The notes under the pieces: model-generated
What the model saw: the letters and a program-made list of their open reading frames with translations, nothing else
Database searches by the model: none
What the model was told of the DNA's origin: nothing
Origin: Eledone cirrhosa
Lineage: Eukaryota
Length of the DNA: 64,000 bases
Assembly: GCA_964016885.1 (NCBI GenBank)
Contig: OZ024740.1
Coordinates: 126,542,001 to 126,606,000 of the forward strand
Direction of reading: 5' to 3'
Position numbers and translations under genes: made by a program
In this document: piece by piece, positions 56,650-64,000 of the stretch
Layout: the number at the start of each line of letters is the position of its first letter
Numbering within the stretch: position 1 is the stretch's first letter

Positions 56650-59190
56650 ATAAAGAAACACGATGATCCCATAGATGCGAAACAGAAAATAATCAGCCTT
56701 TCAAAGAAGTAATTGTCAAGCACCGAAATATATATATGAAGTGACTAACTTACCCGATATAAAAAAAGACATAACGTAATTCTGTCGAAATCTCAGGTTG
56801 AACTCTGCTCTGAAAACAATGACATTGCAGATGAATCTCTAGTTAGAAAGAAAAGTGATTTCTCCCAAAAGAAATGAGAGAATAAAGCACGGGTCTCTTA
56901 TTGCGAACACATTATGAAATTTTCCGTTGAAAAAATTGGAAATAGAAACACCAAATCAAATTTCTCAAAAGATAAATGGAAGAACCTAATTGATTTACAA
57001 GAAAACACTGAATTCAGTATTAAAGAAGATGATAATGATAAGACTGTTGTCATTAGGAATACAGGCTATTATAAAGATCAGTCACATAATATGTTATAAG
57101 AAAACAGTTACTACGAACATTAACCTACTACAAATAATATAAACAAATAATGGAAAGTGTTTTAACTTTTACTAAGCAAGTACTGTGAAGTCTTAACCAC
57201 GAATGAAATAGACTAAATAAGCCACTTCAATGAAAGATTTTCATAGTTTATGGCCAACCGAAAATATACATATGCAACCTGATAAGTGAAGCTTGAAAAC
57301 CTCGACAACCAAATACATTCATTTAACACCTTCAGTCGTTTCAAAGCCTAGGCCGAATATAGCAGACCCTACGTGAGAAATACACAGACTAAGTAACTTC
57401 TGGGATAGACTTTTAAGTCTTTACCTAAAGATGTGCAGAGCTACATCCGAAATGACCTAGATTTGCTGAATCCTGTCCACAAAACCGTTTTCTTCTCTTC
57501 GTCGTCGTCAACTTATACAGGAACATATCCGATGACTATGGAATAACTGCAAGTAAATATTAGCTAGACAGACGCCAATCTGAATTACCGACCATTCAAA
57601 TACATATTTCAACCTTGATATACTCAATTACAGATTATAAAACTATTATGTTTTGTTCAATGAATCTACGTTCCAATAAATATCAGGAACTGCAAATGCC
57701 GTGAAAGTAGCCCTTACATGGACCAATTTAATCTTAGGATTCCATGAGAAAACGATTTATAGCCCATCTCTACTACTATCTGGAGACACATTTCACACAC
57801 AACTAAAAACCAACTGGAAAAGCTACCCGGATGAATGATTTATCTCATAACAGGAAAGATTTGATACACTCACCGAATTCAAAAATATGATGAATAACGT
57901 TAACGGTAACACACAATTCACAATAGTGTTTAATTCTATTTTGGATATCACAATTTCAAAAACAGACGGAAGAAAAGGAACATACATTTTATATACACCC
58001 AAGCAATCTGAATGGTGCTTTACAATTCTTCTTGTGCCATCACTGTGTCAGTGGCTGGCGAACAATGATGTTACACGTAGGTCGATCGCGGGACAGATCC
58101 CATACATCTGCGCCTTTGATGTTGAATTTGTCAAAAACAGACATCCTTTGATGACCTCTGATACGCTTCCCATGAATTTTTTCCGCTAATGGAAAGGTCT
58201 TCCAGCATGCCCTAGGAACATTGTTTATCTCATTTTAATTGTGAGCATTATCTCACATTCCATCAGCTCTCTCTTCAAAAGCTCTTAATTATTTATTCGT
58301 TCGACGTACGACATCCTGAGTATTCTGCGATATAATACATCTTGGTAGACTCGAGGCATCTCCATGTCTGATTCGTGAAAGTCCACGATTAACCAGACAA
58401 GTGTCTTCAGTAAACTAGCCAACTAGCCAAAATGGTTTGCATAATAGTTAGGACTCGATGAAACGTAAACAAAAACTGGATGAACTCGAACATATTCTCA
58501 CCAAAAGAGCTTTAACTCTTGGCATAATCACCAATGAAATAAAAGTGATTAAACATATGGAAAACCAAGAGCTAAGAACAACGAAAACCAAATCCAGAGA
58601 GCATGTATTACCATGCGTTGACATTTACCAATACAAACAAAATAAATCGTATTGTTTAACCACCTCTGCAAAAACGTTTTTATTCATATGAAGAAGAAAA
58701 ATACGAAATAATTCTAGAAACACACAGAATCATCAAAAATAATAGATTAAACCACATAAAATAACAAGCATACAGGAGCAAAGACCCACAAACAAACCCC
58801 CCAACCACACTGTTACAAAATGTAGGACAAGAAATTGTATGTTTATACCTAATTGAAGGACGATAATTCAAATTAAGATAGACAAACCTTCAGAATAAAT
58901 GAAAATCACACCTGCATTTCGGAAAACCTTATCTATGGTGTGAATGTGCGTACATTTATATAGCACAGATAGGAGTATCATTATGCAAATGTATGACCAT
59001 ACACATACCAACATATCGATGATGAAAGCACGAGATAAATCTCCTTAAGCAGTCATATTGCAACATCTGCAGGATTAGGCACCACCAACTTCAAACTTTT
59101 CCCTCTCTACAAAAGTTCAGATTCTATCACTCAATAACAGACAATAAAGAGGGAAAACTAATTCATAAAAATTATATATCACATTTAAAT
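56650..59190 (+). pseudogene. Long decayed Neptune-type PLE (RT and GIY-YIG), interrupted at about 58005-58420
   Basis: Remnants: SIKEDDNDKTVVI (cf. IKPADKG), YGQPKIH, KPRPNIA, VVNLYRNI, WKSYPDE (cf. YLDD), HTCISENLIY. Confidence 0.7.
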
Positions 59191-59752
59191 TTGCTATTGT
59201 CCTCCATTGGACAAAGGAAATTGTGATATAGAGGATGGAAGAGTAGGAATGATATTAGGTGATACCTAGTGTATGTTCGAGTCTTAATTTTCAATGTGAA
59301 TCCCAATATCATTTCTACTGTTCCATCCTCTATATCTATATGTATAACGTTGCATTCTCCAACCGTGCTATATATTGCCCATTTACTGCACCTTGATCTG
59401 TATTTTATTTCTTCTATATTGTGATTTCTTTGATATGTTCTTATATACTTCCCTTTTACTCCCTACATCACCACCCTAGGTATGACTTCATTTTATTTAT
59501 GTATTTATGTATTTTATTTACGGTTTTATTTATGCATTTATTTACTCACTTTACTCTCATTATATACTTATCCTTGTACTCCTTGGCACACGACTCTAGA
59601 ATATTACTCTCTGCACGCTTATATCTGTGTATCTTTATTCACTCCCCCTACACACCCAGCAATCACACTACAATACCTTGACTAACTGGAGACTAAATAT
59701 AGTCTATTTTCACATTTCATCAGATATTACCACTTCCAACTTAACATCACGG

Positions 59753-60272
59753 GTGTGAATATTTAATAATCGTTTGGTACACGCGGTGATACGACGGATG
59801 TGGTGGCTTTCCCGACTGCACGCCAGGCACTCGGGTCAATCAGCCTTCCTTGAGTGCTTGGAAAAATAAATTTCCCCTTCTTTCGGTAAATGAAAATACT
59901 CGGAACGGCTGCTTCGTCCTGAGGCCCTGCCGGACTTGGAACCCGCCGCGATACCGGTTATTGACCGCCAAACAGTTCCTTTAAATTCTAGGCTTGATCA
60001 TAACTTTTAACTTTATCTTGCCTCCGTCTACTAGCACTTAACTTAATCTCACACCAGTGTGAATAACTAATAATCGTTTGGTAAATACGATGGCCGGCAG
60101 ACGGTGGCGGACTTCCAGCTAGCACACCCGACGCTTAAGACAGTTAACATTCCTGGAGTGCTACCAAAAATAAATTTTGATTTCTTTCGCTAGACGATAA
60201 TACTCGGAACGGCCGACGCGCCGTTGAGCCCCTGGCTGGCCAGGGTCCGCGACGTCGCTGGTTATTGACCGC
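59753..60272. repeat. Diverged but gap-free tandem duplication (216-bp homology, period 304 bp)
   Basis: GTGTGAAT, TAATAATCGTTTGGTA, AAAAATAAATTT, AATACTCGGAACGGC and GGTTATTGACCGC all recur at the same offset. Confidence 0.8.
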
Positions 60273-61079
60273 TAAGCATCGGCTTAATCTTTACTCTATA
60301 TTCTACCCTGAAACTTTATCATCACTATCTATAATAGACTTAAACTTTTTCATAAAAGCCTCCTTCTGTAAATTGTTTAACTAAATCTCACAGCTTCAAA
60401 CCTAAATCTTATTTTTCTAATTTCATCTTAAATGGCATCTTCTAACTCTAGACATAAATTTAACGTGTCTAATTGTTAATCGTAATGTCTGTTCATACAT
60501 CATGCCATGCAGACGTCCACTATATATTACTATATATATAGATTTCTTATAGATATATGTTCTTTGATATTTTTCGCGGTACTTTCTAGCACTCATGACA
60601 AGCTGGATTGTGACTGACCTCAACGCTGGCCTCTGTCTTTTAGGGTGGTAGTAGTACACTATAAGCCTACGCCCCTTCACCAGATGGACAGAAATAGGCT
60701 TAATAATAACCACTTGAGGGCGGCCGACCGTGGTAGAAGCTGCTAAATGTTTGGTCGCCCTCATGTCTCTTATTTTCAGCCCCATGGATTTTGTCTATTA
60801 TATTCCATTGGTATATTTCGAATACCAGATGTTGTCACCGGATTCATACTGAACCCGGTCATTGAAATGATGATAGTATAAGAAACCTTTTAAGGAATTA
60901 CACCAGTCCAGCCTCCTGTTATTTTATAATATTTAACTCCGAAATCGCACCACCAACTACACAAGCGGAGACGGGTGAGTTGCATTACGTTGAGTGCTCT
61001 ACATAATATTACAACGAGGTTTACCATAAGGAATAACCAGTTATATCCAGTGGTGAACCAACAAACCTAAATATATATA

Positions 61080-62840
61080 TATATATGGATATATGGGATA
61101 ACAAGTTATCGTTATAGGTAATCCAGTTAGAGGTTGTGAGTAGTCTGCGTCGTGGATAGACTTAACGTACGGCTTTGTTTGACTCAACAAGATGCTGACA
61201 TAGTTATGCAGCAAATTCGCGGTAATTTCTATGCAGGTTGTACTTGGAGTAATAATAGTTAAAGAATGAAGAGTAACATGGCTGGCTGTACAATAAGGGC
61301 TTTATTTAAAGTATTGACAAGTGTTTCGTTGATCAGCTGAGTCTAGAGTTCGCTAATCGCTTGAGGTTGTGTCATTCGATCTCCAATACGTTATTTACCT
61401 CTGGTCAACACATCAGAGTAAGTCGATATGAAAGTAATTCACTCGAGGCAAGACATATATAGAAAGATATCGTATAATCAAACCAATAACAACAATAATA
61501 AAATAGCGTCCAATCAAAACAATAACATCAATAATAAAACAGGTATGGTAAATAGGTAGAGACGTTACAGATGTAAACAGTAAAAAGTAAAATATAAGAT
61601 ATTAAAAAATAAGAAAATGAGACAAAGGAAAATATAAAGAAAGAAATAAGTGAGAGCGTGTAAGTACATAGTAGTAGTTTTTGAGTAAGTGTTCTTCTAA
61701 GGATTCGCTGGTGAGTTTAGTGCTAACATGAGAAACCATAGATACGTGTAGAGGGTCCGATAAAAGAAAAGACAATAAATTAGAGATTAATTGGCGGATA
61801 CATGTCTGATGTTTTGGGGCTAGGGATGACTTGACAGATAAACGCTTGTTGTAAATGTTTTGCTGATTGTTAAATCTTAATGGATTGATGCTGTTTTAGG
61901 AAGAGAGGGTGAAAGAAATGTTCAGAGATTTATGATCGAGTGACCAGTTGGCCGTTTAATAGCTAATAGCATGCGATGGTGTATATTCTATATGTTAAAA
62001 TCTAGGTGGTTCAGTACTAATTTTTGGATTGTTGGTTCAAATCATGGTGGTTTGAAGTTTGTGAATCTAGTAGCTATTTTATGCCTACAGAAAATGAATC
62101 CCATCGTACCTTAAGATATGTAGTAGGTCTACATTTCAAAGCCCGCAGTGGTACACACCGTTGCTGTAGGTTTTTGCTACCGATAATTTTGGCCAGCTAA
62201 TCTTATATTCTAGGTTTTTGTCCTTAAGATGCCAGATTTTATTGGCGAGCGTCGTACATTTCTCCAGTGCACGGTTCTTCATGGAGTGTCTGTGGACGTA
62301 TCACCTTTTCTTGAACTCCCCAGCTGTGGAACCTATGTAGTGCCAAGTAGAATTGCCTGAATTCACAGTACACAGGTATACTATACTCGAATCCAGGCAT
62401 CTATTCCGTAGGGGTCACTTATCAGGTAGGTGGCAATTACAATTTTAGGTTTTATTTTGTGCAGGTTCATCGTTGCGGATGGTTGTGATTTAGGCATATT
62501 AATGTTTTGTTGTGATGCGTTCTGATGCGTTTGTGGTTGTGATGTTGTTATGTGTTTGTGTTTTGTATTTGGTGCTATGGTGCGTGTTGGTAGGTTAATT
62601 TATTTAGATATATGTTTGTGGTTGATCTTACGTATATGCGATTCTATGTTGGCTGCAGTAGAGTAGGAAAGTTTTATAGTTTTTCTATTGAAGAGTTTAT
62701 GGTATTTGTGTAGTGTAGGGAAGTGCTTATCTATTAGTTTAAATAATGTAGAACGTAGTTTAGTTGTTATAGAGGAGTTGAATATTGGATTCAACCATAG
62801 GTACTTTCTATCGCTGGATCTTCTATAGTTTTGGGGGTCC
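61080..62840 (-). mobile_element. Naiad-type PLE, left (inverted) arm: thumb/GIY-YIG, 3' UTR and HHR
   Basis: RKYLWLNPIF...KLIDKHFP...KLFNRKTIKLSYS; CNC..*P...CL; SIVY...HYIG. Mirror image of 62960-63990. Confidence 0.85.
61312..61420 (-). ncRNA. Hammerhead motif with a structured insertion of about 65 nt in stem II
   Basis: TACT-CTGATGT-GTTGACCAG[...]CTGATCAAC-GAA-AC(ACTT)GT-C-AATA; stem II pairs at 8 of 9 positions. Confidence 0.6.
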
Positions 62841-64000
62841 AACAACAACAAACCTATCGACAACAACACTACCCGCTCATATAGAAATACCAAGCATAGG
62901 ACTAAGCATATAATGAGACAACGAACACCAAAAATAACCGAACAGAACACTAATGCAAGGACCCCAAAAAACTATAGAAGATTTGGTTCAATCCAATATT
63001 CAACTCCTCTATTAAAAACTAAAATACCTTCTACATTCTTTAAACTAATAGATAAGCACTTCCCTACACTACACAAATACCATACAATCTTCAATAGAAA
63101 AACTATAAAACTTTCCTATTCTGCTGCAGCCAACATAGAATCCCACATACGTAAGATCAACCACAAAAATATATCTAAATAAATTAACCTACCAACACGC
63201 ACCATAGCACCAAATACAAAACACAAACACATAACAACATCACAACCACAAACGCATCAGAACGCATCACAACAACACATTAATAGGCCTAAATCACAAC
63301 CCACCCACAACAACTTACAAAACCGCAACGATGAACCTACACAAAATAAAACCTCAAATTGTAATTGCCACCTACCTGATAAGTGACCCCTACGGAATAG
63401 ATGCCTGGATTAGAGTATGGTATACTTGTGTACTGTGAATTCAGGCAATTCTACTTGGCACTACATAGGTTCCATGGCTGGGGAGTTCAAGAAAAGGTGG
63501 TACGTCCACAGACACTCCATGAAGAACCGTGCACTTGAGAAATGTACGACGCTCGCCAATAAAATCTGGCATCTTAAGGACAAAAACCTAGAATATAAGA
63601 TTAGTAGGTCAAAATTATCGGTAGCAAAGCCTACAGCAATGGTATGTCCCACTGCGGGCTTTGTAATTTAGAACTACTACATATTTTAAGGTACGATGGG
63701 ATGCTGCTTAACTGCAAAATAGAAAGATCTATTTTCTGTAGGCATAACATAGCTACTAGATTCATAAACTTCAAACCACCATGATTTGAACCAACAATCC
63801 CAAAGTTAGTACTGAACCACCTAGATTTTAACATATGGAATACACACCATCGCACTGTTATTAGCTGTCAAGCGACCAACTGGTCACTGGATCATAAATC
63901 TCTGAAGATTTCTTTCACCCTCTCTCCCTGAAACAGCATCAAATCCATTAAGATAGAACAATCAGCAAAACATTTACAACAAGCGTTTATCAAATGTACC
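62841..64000 (+). mobile_element. Naiad-type PLE, right arm (frameshifted GIY-YIG ending CRH...KPP* at 63784); runs off the window
   Basis: MVYLCTV...WHYIGSMAGEFKKRWYVHRHS...TTLANKIWHLK...CGLC...LN...CRH. Confidence 0.85.

Noticed and set aside
63781-63816. SECIS-like ATGAT...AA...TGAA overlapping the Naiad stop codon
   Set aside because: Helix II pairs poorly in both arms and there is no helix I.

Overview
AT-rich, microsatellite-dense eukaryotic DNA with no confidently intact host gene. The SINE types suggest an octopus or other cephalopod (inference). The window is mostly retroelements. It holds several Penelope-like elements (PLEs; Neptune-type and Naiad-type, some as inverted pairs), two tandem L1/Tx1-clade LINEs sitting in (GATA)n tracts, RTE fragments, tRNA-derived SINEs, a non-autonomous Helitron and a Tc1/mariner remnant. 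The ORF track misses an RNA layer of about 15 whole or partial type-I hammerhead ribozyme (HHR) motifs that can be read by eye. These include a U3:A8 compensatory core variant in two related PLE families and two retrozyme-like arrays of 420-443 bp HHR-bearing units. A Naiad-type PLE has TGA at a conserved Cys codon in both arms, and its HHR stem II carries a SECIS-shaped insertion (candidate selenoprotein retroelement). Most ORFs in the supplied track are microsatellite artefacts. All structures were derived by eye, not computed.
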